Shown here piece by piece: positions 36,605 to 49,152 of a stretch of DNA of 64,000 nucleotides. Under the pieces are notes generated by a model. It made no database searches, was not told the DNA's origin, and saw only the letters and a list, made by a program, of their open reading frames with translations. Source of the DNA: Raja brachyura (Eukaryota); the NCBI GenBank assembly GCA_963514005.1, contig OY740821.1:11904001-11968000 (forward strand), given 5' to 3'. The translations under genes and the position numbers were made by a program. Positions within the stretch are counted from its first letter, which is position 1. Each line of letters starts with the position of its first letter.

Positions 36605-39470
36605 AGTTCTGTTTGAGGAAAACGCTTCCACATCCCCTTTTCAGAGAACTGAAAGAATGAACTTCAATTAAAATGTGACTGTCAACAACCCATATGGCTT
36701 ACATCTCCCGGAACTTTTTCTTGCATGCTGCTGCAGCCATTGAATATGAAACCTATGGAGATTTCATCTACCACTTAAAATATGTCTGCCTCAGGCTTTT
36801 GAGAAAACATTGTGTGCAGTAGTTAGAATGGTATTTTACATTTGGATGTCCCTCTTTTTAAAAAAAACCTTGTAAGGAGGTAAGATTCGGCTAAAAGTGA
36901 ATAATGGAAACAGTGGTCCATAGAAATTGTAATTGTTGGTGCACTTTTTAAAATAAAATGGGCTAGTGCGATTGGTACAAATAGTTGTCACAATTTTGGT
37001 GCCCCTTCCAATATGTCAGATGGCATTTTAGAATTAAAAAACATTTATTTATTAAAAAAAAAAAAAGGGATTTGGACCACAGTCAGACACATTTCTTTCT
37101 GTCACCCCACCATAACCAAACTGGTCAACCTGCTACTGGGACTAACCTTGAAATTCTGCAACTGTCTGTTGATATTACTGAACTCTCAACAATTTGTTTC
37201 ATCCCCCATAAATTTGGAACGGCTCTTGCTGGACAGCTGATTGCTTGTACATCAGTTGAGACGATTGTTGGGGCCAAATGTGCTTGTGCTTTCATCTGTA
37301 AACAAATGTATACTGGAGTTCATGGCCAGTGGTTGTGGTTTGTTTGAGAATGTGACATTGAGTATCTGAAAGCAAAAAGCATTGCTCATGTGTAAAGCCT
37401 GTCTGCACAGCATACATTATACATTGCCACAAGGAAATGGCTCGTCTCCTTACACAGGTTAAGATCTGGTCATGCCATCGTTATTGATGTCAATTATCAC
37501 TCATACCCTAACTCAACACATTTTACCCTGCACATCTTTCATCTGATCCATTTTAATGTTCCTTTCCAGTAAACCTTGGAAACTGCTAACTCCAGGCTTA
37601 CTCGGTTGTGACATTGTTTTGATTGTGCATAAATATCTACATACAAGCTCAGATTTCCGAACGATTGAGAATATTTTGTGCCGATCAAAATTTCAATTCT
37701 GTTCAGAGAAGTGAATTTAACTTGCTTGCATGTCTGATGTTTGAATATACAGGATACGTTTTTTTTGTTTTCACTGCTGTCATTTAGATTTTTAATCACA
37801 TAAGGTTCTCTCATTTGTGAAGATCTATCTGACTGCAGGTTTTAATTCTAGATATTTGTAAGATTGCCACAAAGGAATTATTTTGACATTATAAGTGTCT
37901 GACACTGGAAGATCTGATTGCACCTGTTTCTCGGATCTCAACAGTATCGGTGGACGAGTACTTAGGATAAATTAATTCCAGTTTCCATTCAAGTCATTCA
38001 GAATAATCTCAATGTACTTCCCCAGCAAACACCAGGTCACTGAAAGTTGCCCTTCAGTATTTGTGAAGACTAAAAGCTGGTGCAATAGCAGATAAACATT
38101 GGAGGGATAGCTGAACAGTGTCTAACCTGCTGTGCTTGATCCTGATGCAACACAGTTCTCGCAAAACAATAATCCTTTGCAATTTAAAACCAGAAGTTAA
38201 TCTTGTTCATCTCAAGTTTTTAACTTTACTAACAATTACCTTAGAAGTCCTTGGGAGTTTAATAAACGTTACATTTTTTGTCTACCCAACTCGGTCTGGT
38301 TTACAACCAATCCCAATTCATGAAGGTTATGGCTTTTTTTTGCGTTTGACAGCATGTTCTAGCAGAGCTGAAAGGGCTGAAATATTTACAGCTCATTGGT
38401 GCAGCACAAGCATTAAATCAATTGCATTTTATTTTTAGGTAATCAGTTTTGGGACTTGGGGAAAGGCATTTGTATTGAAATGTTTGCTTTAACGATTGGC
38501 ATTTATTTGGGGCATAAACTTACATTTTAACAATTGATAGTATTTAAAATTATTAAGACGTAAAAACCAACAATTAGATCTTAAATTATATTTTCCTCAG
38601 TCATGGAGTCTGGATGGTGTTGGGAACATTGCTTTTCACTTTTATCACATTCACATGATATCCTGTTTTTGAAGGTTTGTTTAGTACCACAGCGGAGGTT
38701 GTGATCATATTTAAATGGGCATCCTTGGATAACGCCAGCTATCAAGACCATTTGATGAAAAGCAGGTGCAAAATGTGACTATGATAAAAAGATAGATTTT
38801 TTTTTTAATTTCAGAATCAAATTGATTTCCAATGTGCAGTGGTGATTTGCCTAGTCACTAGCAGTTTAGACTGGATTTTATTTTAAACAGTTAAATCAAG
38901 CCCCCTAATTCTGTCCACTTAACCCAGTGCCTCCCTCCCCACCAGTAGCAGACTGTGTTTTACTCTTTACCAGGTTGAGTGATTTTTACGCTGCAGTGGT
39001 TTGTACTGATAATAAAGCAGTTTCATTTGATAGACATAAATTTGCTGAGTTCATAGTATCTGCTGAACAATTTTGACGGGCAAAAATTGGACCTTGTATA
39101 GTAGTTATTAAAATTGGCTGAAAGTAATTACATTTGGAATTCTGGAGTTCAAGTTAAACAGTACAAGTCTGTGTTTTAAAAGAAATTCAGCTTTCGACAC
39201 AGGTATTTATTGGTGATTCTTGGAAATGAGCTCTTTCTCTCAATTCCTCTTCCCGCTCCACTGCCACTACCACCACTATCCCATTATAGAAAAAAAAAAT
39301 TAAAGAATTAGTTTACACATTACACACTGAGAGGACTTATGTAAAATTTGTATAATACCTTCTATTAAAAAGATTTGTACTCTATAGTCTGCTTTCCAGG
39401 AGATGTCTTTTATTATCATGTATAATGCCCCATCAGTTTTCCTTCGAATAAACTAATCTTTGGAATACCT
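36605..39470 (+). other. EIF4B: Probable long EIF4B 3' UTR with candidate polyadenylation signals
   Basis: About 2.8 kb of AT-rich sequence without recognisable repeats after the stop; AATAAA 39011-39016, ATTAAA 39364-39369, AATAAA 39447-39452; true end not determinable. Confidence 0.55.
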
Positions 39471-39906
39471 TCACTATTGCTGCTGCTTAATTTCTATAGT
39501 GTCCTTACTTTCGACTTGTATAAGTTTAGTGACTCAAATTGGTGGTGTTTATACGTATATTAAAATTGAAGGTTTCTACAGATTAAAGTGAGAGAATCTG
39601 GTTTCTTGTGTCTGAACAGTCAACTATCATAAGGCACAGATTTAAGATATTGATATAGTACTGAATTCTGTTCAGTGGGTGGGAATGCTGGGATGTGGAA
39701 TTCTCTGCTCAATTAAATTTTATTGGACATTCTTGGCAATAAAAATTTTAAACTAACAATGTTGGCTATAATTAGTTTTGGTTTATTATTCATGTGTACC
39801 AAGATACAGTTGAAAAATCTGTTTTGCATACTCAGCAATTCCTACCAGGCCTGAGTACAAGTGGCGCAAAAGAGAAAATAAACCATGCAGAATATAGTGT
39901 TAGTTA

Positions 39907-42353
39907 AAGTGATTCATAAATTAATACACCCCGATAAAACTAGCTTTATTCCAAAATGTTATTCATATTATAATCTGAGACGATTATTTAACATTATATA
40001 CTCAAATCGAATAGCTAATGTAGATTTAGCAGTCATTTCGCTAGATGCTGAGAAAGCATTCGATCAAGTTGAATGGCCCTATTTATTTTCGGTGATGGAA
40101 AAATTTCAATTAGGTGAGATGTTTTGGTCTTGGGTTAAGCTTCTATATACCAACCCAACAGCCAGAATGATGACAAATCAAATGTTATCAAAAAAATTTG
40201 ATTTATCTAAAGGTTGTAGACAAGGATGCCCGCCTACCCCATTACTATTCGCCCTTGCTATTGAACCACTAGCAGAAAGAGTTCGAGCACAATCCAGAAA
40301 TATATGGGTATAACACTAAAAATACAGTTAATAACATTTCTCTATATGCAGATGATTATATATTACTATATATTACAAATCCAGAAATTAGCATCTCTAA
40401 CCTGTTAAATCTTATAACTCAATTTGGTTTATTCTCGGGATACAGAATCAATTGGAATAAGAGTGTGATTATGCCAATAATGGAACCTAATTTATATATA
40501 TTGCAACAATCACCTTTTAAAATAGTGAATGAAAAATTAAAATACTTAGGAATTTATGTGACCAAGAAATATACTACTTTATTTAAATAAAATTTCGTAC
40601 CTTTACTTAATAAATTGCATAAGAATATTCAATATTGGAAAACACTCCCATTTTAATGCTCGGTAAAATTAATGCTATTAAAATGATTTTCCTTTCTCAA
40701 CTTCTATACCTCTTTCAATCAATTCCGATATATCTCCCTAAAGATTTATTTAAAAAAGTCGACTCTATTGTAACAAGTTTTATTTGGGATTATAAGAATC
40801 ACAGAATAAGTAAAAAACACTTATGTAAACCCAAGACGAATGGAGGATTAGTCTTACCAAATTTCTTATTTTATTTCTGGGCAGTCAATGTCAAAAACTT
40901 AAATTTCTGGTTGGAAGATATGGATCAACAACCAGACTGGTTAAAAATGGAAAAGGAGGATTGTCTGCCATTTGAAATTGGCCCGATTCTGTTAACTCCT
41001 ACAAAATTGAATGAAAAAATCTATAGTGAAAATCCAATAATACATAGTGGTATTCGAATTTGGAAACAAATAAAAAATACATTAAAATTGGATAATATAT
41101 CACTTTCGCTCCCTATTGTAAATAACCCTTCATTTAAGCCTTCAGTATTGGATAAAGGTTTTGCCCAATGGAAAAATTATGGAATTAAAAAGATGGGACA
41201 TCTTTATAGAAAAGGCGTGTTCCTCTCGTTTCAGGAGGTACAACAGAATTATGGATTACATTCAAATAACTTTTTTGGATATTTACAACTGAAAGATTAT
41301 GTTAAATCACTTACACAAGAATACAGAACTAGAGAGCCAGAGATTCTAGATGAATGTTTGAATAAACACCCCAATAGTCAAATTAATACTGTACATTTAT
41401 AATATTATTTTAGATAGTGAGAATCCATTGACGGAATTACATAGACAAGCATGGGGAAAATGAATTGGTTCAACCCATAACAAAAGATATTTGGGATGAA
41501 AGTCTACAACATATACATCAATGTTCGTTAAACGGCAGACATTCTTTAATACAATTTAAAATATTACATAGATTGCATTATTCTAAAACAAATTAAATAG
41601 AATTTTTCCTAATATTTCTCCTATCTGCGATGTCAATATTCTGAGGCTAATTTAACCCATACCTTTGTAAGTTGCATAAAAATTAAAACATTTTGGGTGG
41701 ATATTTTTTTAATTATTTCCGTAGTGGTTAATACTCAACTGGATCCCGATCCTAAATTAATAATATTGTGCATATCTGAACAATACCTAAAACTTACAAT
41801 AAACCAAAGAAATTTCCTTGATTATAGTATAATAACTGGGAAAAAATTAAAATTAAAATTTTGGAAAAACCCTGTATCCCGCACAATCAAAATGTGGATT
41901 ATGGAGATGTCGGAGACCTTAAATCTGGAAAAAATTAGACTTGTCTTAATTGATAAACCAGAATTATTTACTAGAATATGGTCTCCGTTCATAGATTATT
42001 TGAAGGGGTAGAATGGGCCGTCACTGAGAACTGACGGAAGCTTGAACCCAGGACTAGATGAATAGTTATGTTTTCTTACCTACGGACCTATTTCCTAAGT
42101 TGTATTATGGATAGTTTATTCTATTTTTCTAATTTTCTTTTCTTTTTCTTTTTTTTTCTATCTATTAAAAATAATAATAATAATAATTAGTCAATGTTAA
42201 TATGTAACCGATAAATGAAGACCCCAGCTACATTGGTAGTGGAGTCCCTGGAATCCTGGATATTTAATATGTAACCGTTTAGCAAAGTTTGTAGTGGTTC
42301 AGACTATGATATGTACATGCCTCTAATAAAAGTTAACTTAAAAAAGAAAAAAA
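39907..42353 (+). mobile_element. 5'-truncated L1-clade LINE (ORF2 RT and C-terminus) with A-rich tail and 18-bp TSD
   Basis: ISLDAEKAFDQVEW..GCRQGCP..LLFALAIEPLA..SLYADD..GGLVLPN; AATAAA then an A-rich tail; AGAATATAGTGTTAGTTA (39889-39906) vs AGAATGTAGTGTTAGTTA (42354-42371). Confidence 0.92.
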
Positions 42354-42917
42354 AGAATGTAGTGTTAGTTATAAGTGCACGTCCACAACGAGGCAGATTG
42401 GAAAATTGTGAATTTATTCATGACTCGTGAGAGGTCCGTTCAAGAGTCTGATAACAAGGGGGAAGTTGGTGATACATGCTTTCAAGCTTTAGTATCTTCT
42501 GCCTTAGGAGAGAGGGAGAAGAGAATGACCGAGGTTTGAGGTGTCCTTGATTACATTGGCTGCCTTCCTGAGGCACCAGGAAGTCCTACATTGGCGGGCA
42601 AGGGAGGGGAGAAAAGGCTGGTTTGCATGATGGATTGGGCTGGGTTCCCAACTTTGGACAGAGAAGGGCATTTCCTGAAGGAGCACCTCCATTGTCTGTG
42701 GGAGTTGTGATTGGAATATGCCCACAGTTAGGAGGAGTAGTAGTTTGGTCAACAAGTGTGGAATGTGAGTCAGATTAGTTGGATAGATGCCAAATTGGCA
42801 GCAGAGGCCCATTTGAACAGATAATAAATGAAGGTGATAGTTTTTAGAATGCTCCCTCGGTTCCAAGCAAGTGGCACCATCTTCTGGTAGAACCTACCAG
42901 GTTGCCATGCATTCATA

Positions 42918-43170
42918 CAGTGCCCTCCATAATGTTTTGGACAAAGACCCATCATTTATTTATTTGCCACAATTTGAGATTTGTAATAGAAAAAATTACA
43001 TGTGGTTAAAGTGCACATTGTCAGATTTTAATTAAGGAATTTTAATTAAGCCATTTTTATACATTTTGGTTTCATCATGTAGAAATTACAGCAGTGTTTA
43101 TACATAACCCCCCCCCCCCCATTCCAGGGCACCATAATGTTTGGGACACAGCAATGTCATGTAAATGTGG
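42918..43170 (+). mobile_element. Solo IR/DR-type Tc1 terminal repeat
   Basis: TA|CAGTGCCCTCCATAATGTTTTGGACA with the internal direct repeat CCATAATGTTTGGGACA about 200 bp downstream. Confidence 0.65.
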
Positions 43171-44109
43171 GAGCATCTTCATCAGAAGCACCATCATGGT
43201 TCAAGACGGCACTTTCTCAAGGGTAACTAGGGAAGGGCAGTAAGTGCTGGCCAGATCCTCATAAAATTATTCCAGTGCACATCTTGCACCCTCTATTAAT
43301 TTGAGGTTAACCTTACTTCTGGAGTCTTGTATCCCACCTCACACCAAGCCCGATTTACCCATCACTTCAACGAGTCCTGCAATGACTTGAATTTAACATT
43401 CTTATGTTCTAATCCGTCCATAGCTTACCCTCTCCCTATCTCTGAGGATAATATGGAGGCTGCACCACAAAGGTAAAGCATTCTCCCAATATGTCCAGTG
43501 CCATTGGTCGTACTCAACATGCCTCATCGCTCTTTACCAGCATTTCATTGTAACCTTGTGCTGCCCTGCAATCCTTGCATTCTACAAATGCGAAATGTGG
43601 ATAGTCAATGGTTGGCATGGATGTGATGGGCCGAAGGGCCTGTTTTTGTGCTCTGACCTTTCCTCTACCACTCTCCGCTTTAGAAATATCTTAAGAGCCA
43701 ATGGGATTGATTATGGTCATAATAATCCACAAAATGTTGGAGTAACTCAGAAGGACAAGCAGCATCTCTGAAGAGAAGGAATGGGTGATGTTTTGGGTCG
43801 AGACCCTTCTTCAGACATAAATTCTTTGGAATTCAATGTAAATTATTTTACATAGCATGGTGTTAAATAATGGTGATGCAATACTAATTGCATGAGAAGA
43901 TGTGCCATTTAGTTCCGCAAGCCTGTTTTACCACTGTTGGAGGGGGGGGGGGGGGGGGGAGGGAAGATTTAATATTTAATAAGAACTTGAGGGGCATCTT
44001 TTTTCACACAAAGCATGTTAGATATATGGAATGAGCTGGAGAAGGTAGTTGATGCAAGTAATATCACAATGTTTAAAAATATTTGGACATGGGCCAAACA
44101 CAGGCAGGT

Positions 44110-45012
44110 GGACAAAAATGCTGGAGAAACTCAGCGGGTGAGGCAGCATCTATGCAGTGAAGGAAATGTACAACATTTCGGGCCGAAACCCTTCAGACCA
44201 AAGATCCTATTACTATAGAATCTTTGCTTCAGACTGATTTGAGGGTGGGGGGGGTGGGAAGAAGAAAGGAAGAGGAAAGGAGGAGGAGCTAGAGGGAGAG
44301 CTGAGAAGGGGGGGAGGCAGTAAGGACTACCCGAAATTAGAGAAGTCTATGTTCATACTGCTGGGGTACAAACTGCCCAAGTGGAATATGAGGTGCTGCT
44401 CCTCCAATTTCCGGTGGGCCTCACTCTGACCATGGAGGAGGCCCAGGACAGAAAGGTCGGATTCGGAATGGAGGGGGAGTTGAAGTGCTGAGCCACCGGG
44501 AGATCAGTGGTTATTGCGAGCCGAGTGGAGGTGTTCAGCGAAGCGATCGCCAAGCCTACGCTTGGTCTCACCGATGTAGATCAGCTGACATCTAGAGCAG
44601 TGGATGCAATAGATGAGGTTGGAGGAGGTGCAGGTGAACCTCTGTTGCACCTGGAAACACTGCTTGGGTCCTTGAATGGAGTCAAGGGGGGAGGTAAAGC
44701 GACAAGTGTAGCATTTCTTGCGGTTGCAAGGGAAAGTGCCCGGAGTAGGGTGGTTCGGGTGGGAAGGGACGAATGGTCCAGGGAGTTACGGAGGGAGCGG
44801 TCTCTGCGGAAAGCAGACGGGAGGAGATGGGAAGATGTGGCAAGTGGTGGGGTCACGTTGGAGGCGGCGAAACTGGCGGAGGATTATTTGTTGTACGTGA
44901 CGGGTGGAAGGCGAGGACTAGGGGGACTCTGCCCTTGTTACGAGTGGGGGGGATGGGGAGAGAGAGCATTATCACAGGGTATCGATGAAACCCTGGTGAG
45001 AGCCTCATCTAT
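44110..45012 (-). mobile_element. Penelope-like element fragment (GIY-YIG endonuclease plus terminal repeat) nested in a CR1 3' fragment
   Basis: Minus strand FTCTSSNLIYCIHCSRCQLIYIGETKRRLGDRFAEHLHS; same terminal repeat as the dispersed 90-bp units; the CR1 tail is interrupted at GGTGG(G)ACAA on both sides. Confidence 0.9.
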
Positions 45013-45337
45013 GGTGGGACAAGTGTAGATGGGACGCAGGGCCTGTTTCCATGCTCTATGACACTGCTGATCTGTGAGACCCGCACACCACGTTTTCCCC
45101 AGATCTCATCTCTAGCCAGAAGGATCTGTTCAAATTTAAATTAAAATACAAAAACAGGGATGTTAACACAGTCTGTAATCTGGAATTCACTGCCTGCAAG
45201 AGCAGTGAAAACAGCATCTTCCAAAAGGGTTAAAAACAGGAAATACTCGGGTCAGGCACCATCCGTGGAGAGAAAAGCAGTATGAGGCCATTCAACCGTG
45301 GCTGATCTGATTGATAGGAGATTCATTGCAGCATTAA

Positions 45338-45447
45338 AGGAGGACGTTCAGCCCATAGAGTTTGCACTTCATGGTAAATTGTCCCATCGAAAGTGATCAA
45401 AGGTCATTGACCATGAAGTGCAAACGCTATGGGCTGAACGTCCTCCT
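45338..45447. mobile_element. Palindromic MITE with TTAA flanks and AGG termini (Kolobok/T2-like)
   Basis: TTAA|AGGAGGACGTTCAGCCCATAG...CTATGGGCTGAACGTCCTCCT|TTAA. Confidence 0.65.
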
Positions 45448-45756
45448 TTAATGCCACGGATGAATGGCCTCATACTGCTCCTGTACCTAATAATTCACCT
45501 GGCGTTACTTGGATTGAGATACAATATGACTGTGTAAATGCGGGGTTTTGCTTCCTTGTGCAAATACTGGAAATAAAAGGATGTGATTGTCTGCACTTTT
45601 CCTGCGCCTTGGGAGGGGTTGCTAGGTTTGTTGTGCGGAGATGCTGGTTCTTGCCCTGCAGCAGGCGGCCACACCCGCTGACACACACTCGCACTCCCAC
45701 CCTGCTGGTTCAATTGGGATCGTCACTCCACAGTCAGACAGACAGACAGAGCCGCC

Positions 45757-45784
45757 ATGGAGGCCGTTCCCGCTGCCGATTCTG
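45757..45784 (+). CDS. PYM1: PYM1 alternative first coding exon A (MEAVPAADS-G)
   Basis: Perfect Kozak gccgccATGG; donor TCTG|gtaggg; phase 1, compatible with the exon at 49059; resembles the MEAAGSPAATETG N-terminus of human PYM1 (recall). Confidence 0.75.
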
Positions 45785-46213
45785 GTAGGGGGCTCGCTCT
45801 TAGCGCGCGCGCGTGTGTGAGAGAGGAACCAATTCGAACAAATCTCGACATTGTTGGCTTTTGTGTGCGCGCGTTAAGGTTAAGTGAAGCTACGAATTGC
45901 GTTTTGCGTGGGGGGAGGTCGGTTTTTACCGAGTTAAAACCGTGAGGGGTTTAGCGGGGCCTTTGGCGGGAGCCTGCCTGCGGGCGGGAGAGAGGGAGAC
46001 GGGTGAGGTGATTTTTCTGCCGCTGTGGGAGAGCGGGGCCCGCTTCGCTGCCCTCCTCCCCCCCCGCCCGGCGGTTCGAGGAAACTCGAGGCGCGTTTAT
46101 TCGCGGGGCCTCTCGTTGTTGTCGTCGTCCCCCCTCCCAATGCTGCGCCGCCGTCGTCGTCCTCCTCCTGTCCGCCATGGGAGACGAGCGGCGCAACTTC
46201 CGGCGCGCTCATC

Positions 46214-46244
46214 ATGGCGGCTCCTTATGTGACGGATGAGACGG
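46214..46244 (+). CDS. PYM1: PYM1 alternative first coding exon B (MAAPYVTDET-G)
   Basis: atcATGG start; donor ACGG|gtgagt; phase 1; matches the MATPYVTDETG N-terminus of mammalian PYM1 (recall). Confidence 0.92.
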
Positions 46245-47149
46245 GTGAGTGGGTTCTTTCGCCGCCGCCGCCGCTCTCTTTCTTTCTTTCTTCCCCCTCC
46301 CCGGCTCCATAACAGCTCGGCTTCCAGAAGACTGTGCGGCGTGTGGCCTGCGCCTTCCGCGTTTGAACCCACCATTGCGCTTCGGGCCGGGTCTCCAGCC
46401 CGCAGGCCGCCTCAGCTGGCCGGCTAAGAGAGATACGAAAGTCCGAGGCTTCGCTTGCGGCCTAGGGCCAAAAAAATGCCAATCAATCAGTGTCTTGCCC
46501 AGCATCCGAAATTGTAAATCTTTTTTCCCAAGCGCATTGATTAGTTCGAACTTAAATGTTTTTTTAACCGAGATTTATAATGAACTATTGGTCTAATTTC
46601 GAGGGTTTGGTCTGATGCAGGGTTATTAACCCTAAAATGCCCTCACTCCACTCCATTTTGATCATTTAAATCCTTTGTTTGAAATGTGGTCGTTTTAAAT
46701 GTTAGTATTTTTGAAGCTTGGTACGTCGGAGATTCACGATCCAAAATCCAATTAACTTTGCAAGTGAGTTTTGTTTCCATTACACTTTTTTTGAAATTGT
46801 GATTTTGAACTTTCAGTGAAAATTACACAATTGGAAAGGTTTTGGGATTTATTTTTAGTTACATCAACAGTAAATCAATTGTAGTGGGTGGGCTTTTTCT
46901 TTCATTCATTCTGAATGAAAGCCATGTACTTTTCTTGAAGGGAGGCAAAATTGATGCATCAACGCTCTTGTTTTTGTACATTTTGGAGAGAGGCCCTGGT
47001 AGAGACTTGGAACCAAGCTTGTCTCTTCAATCAGGAAGGATGCTTGTGAGTGTTAATAGCCAAACGGTGGGTTTTGAGGGGAAAAAAGGTTATGACAAGA
47101 AAGACTGTAAAACACAACAGCCTCTGTCGATTTGTGTTTTTTGAACAAA

Positions 47150-47866
47150 GTCTAACAAGGGCAGGACCTACACAGTGAATGGTAGGACTCTGGGGAGTGT
47201 TGTCTAGCAGAGGGATCTAGGAGTACAGGTATGTAGTTCCTTGAAAGTGGTATCACTGGTAGATAGGGTGGCCAAAAAGGCCTTTGACCGTCATCAGTCA
47301 GAGTATTGAGTATAGAAGTTGGGAGGTCGTGTTACAGTTGTATAAGGCATTAGCGAGGCCACATTTACTGAGTATTGTGTTCAGTTTTGGTCACCGTGTT
47401 ACAGGAAAGATGTTGTCAAGGTGGAAAGGGTGCAGCGAAGATTTATGAGGCTGTCGCCAGAGCTCAATGGGCCTGAACTATAGGGTGAGGTTGAGCAGCC
47501 TAGGACTTAATTCCTTGGTGTGCAGGAGAATGATGGGTGATCTTATGGAGGCGTTAGAAACCACGAGAGGAATAGGTCATGGAATGGACAGTCTTTTGAC
47601 CAGAGGACATAGGTTTAGGGTGGGGTGGGGGGGGGGGGGGTGATTTTTAATAGGAACCTGAGTGGAAAAGGGGTACAGAGAGATGGTGGGTGGATGGAAC
47701 GAGCTGCCAAAGGAGGTATTTGAGGCAGGTACAGTCACAACATTTATGAAACATTTTGACAGGTACTTGAATAAGGACTAGTGCAGATGGGCCATCTTGG
47801 TTGGCATAGGCAAGTTGGGTCGAAGGACCCGTTTCCATGCAGTATAACTTTCTCTCTATGACTCTA
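47150..47866 (+). mobile_element. CR1/HER1 LINE 3' fragment
   Basis: CAGAGGGATCTAGGAGT..GAGTATTGTGTTCAGTTTTGGTCACC..GTGCAGCGAAGATTTA..tail (CTCTATGA). Confidence 0.85.
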
Positions 47867-49058
47867 AAAATCTAGTTGCACTTTGGTTGCCATTGAATTG
47901 CCATTTCTTTGGCTAATGCACAAAACAGTTATATTGGCATTTGTGAATTACTGCTTCCTTTGGAATTGGAATCCTGCATTTGTATTTACTTTTCAAGAGA
48001 GAGTTAGATTTAGCTCTTAGAGCTAAAGGAATCAAGGGATATGGGGGAAAAAGCAGGAATGGGGGTATTGATTTTAGATGATCAGCCTTGATCGTGTTGA
48101 ATGGCAGTGCTGGCTCGAAGGGCCGACTGGCCTTCTGCACCTATTTATTTCTACTTATCACAAGGACATCTTGTATGACTGCTACTTCAGTTAAAAGTGT
48201 TGCCTTTGTTTCTGGGAACATGTGCTTGAAAGTGGAGATCTGATATTGTACCCACTTCATTGACAACAATGGAACCCAAGGCAGGCTATTGGCTTCTGCC
48301 TTGAGGCACAAAAGAGAGAGCTATGTTGAATCTATAACGTAACGGTTCAGTAGCAACTAGGAAAGTTTGTTAGTACATCTGAAAAAAACTGGAGAGGGTG
48401 CACATCGGATGGTCTTGTGGATGAGCGGCTTCTCCTTGCATAGATGGAGAAGCTGGGGTTGTTAATCTGAGCGTGAAAGGTTTAGAGGAGACTTGATAGA
48501 TTCATGCTTGCAATCATGAATTATCCAGCAGGCAAGGGGGTAAAGATAAAGTGTTTCGATTTGCAGAAAGTTGAGAATCAGTGCGTGCAAGTTAAAAGAG
48601 ATCAGATACCATGCAACAGAACTCTCACACAGTGAGTAGGTGTTTGACTTTGCTGTGTAAAAGCATGTTAGAAGTAGATTCAATTGTGGCTTTTCAAATG
48701 AAATCGGATAAGTACTTTAAAGTATTTGCAGTGGTAGAGAGAGAGCCAAGAATGAAAATAATTGTATTGATCTTATTTAAAAAAAAACCAGGACATTAGT
48801 TCAATAGGCCAAATATGCTATCACAATCCTGATTGTAACCCTCCCCCACCACTTATTTTAGACATGACAGTACACCAAATGTTAATTGTTCTGAAGTTTA
48901 CTTCTGTGCCAGTTGCTGGATGAGAAGACAATTGTGATTTTGCATGCGGTATTCCTTTGAGTATGTTGAATATTTCACAATGAATAGAGTCCCCTCTTAA
49001 ATCACAGCAGACTAAACAATGTATGGATTCAAAACTTATTTTTCCTCAACATTTGTAG

Positions 49059-49152
49059 GAAAATATATTCCAGCATCACAGCGCCCTGATGGGACTTGGC
49101 GTAAACCAAGGCGTGTGAGGGAAGGATATGTGCCTCCAGAAGAAGTGCCAGT
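49059..49152 (+). CDS. PYM1: PYM1 exon 2 (Mago-Y14 binding domain)
   Basis: ttgtag|GA...GT|gtaagt; [32 protein letters not shown]. Confidence 0.97.

Larger units (their letters stand above)
45640..46480. promoter_or_regulatory. CpG island / PYM1 promoter(s)
   Basis: Abrupt rise in GC and CpG content; ETS-type ACTTCCGG near 46196-46203; GCGCGC runs; YY1-like ATGGCGGC overlapping the 46214 start. Confidence 0.85.

Noticed and set aside
44507-45028. 173-aa plus-strand ORF
   Set aside because: Antisense to the Penelope GIY-YIG coding strand.
45897-46596. Many overlapping ORFs on both strands
   Set aside because: Expected by-product of a stop-poor CpG island; only the short PYM1 first exons have splice and homology support.
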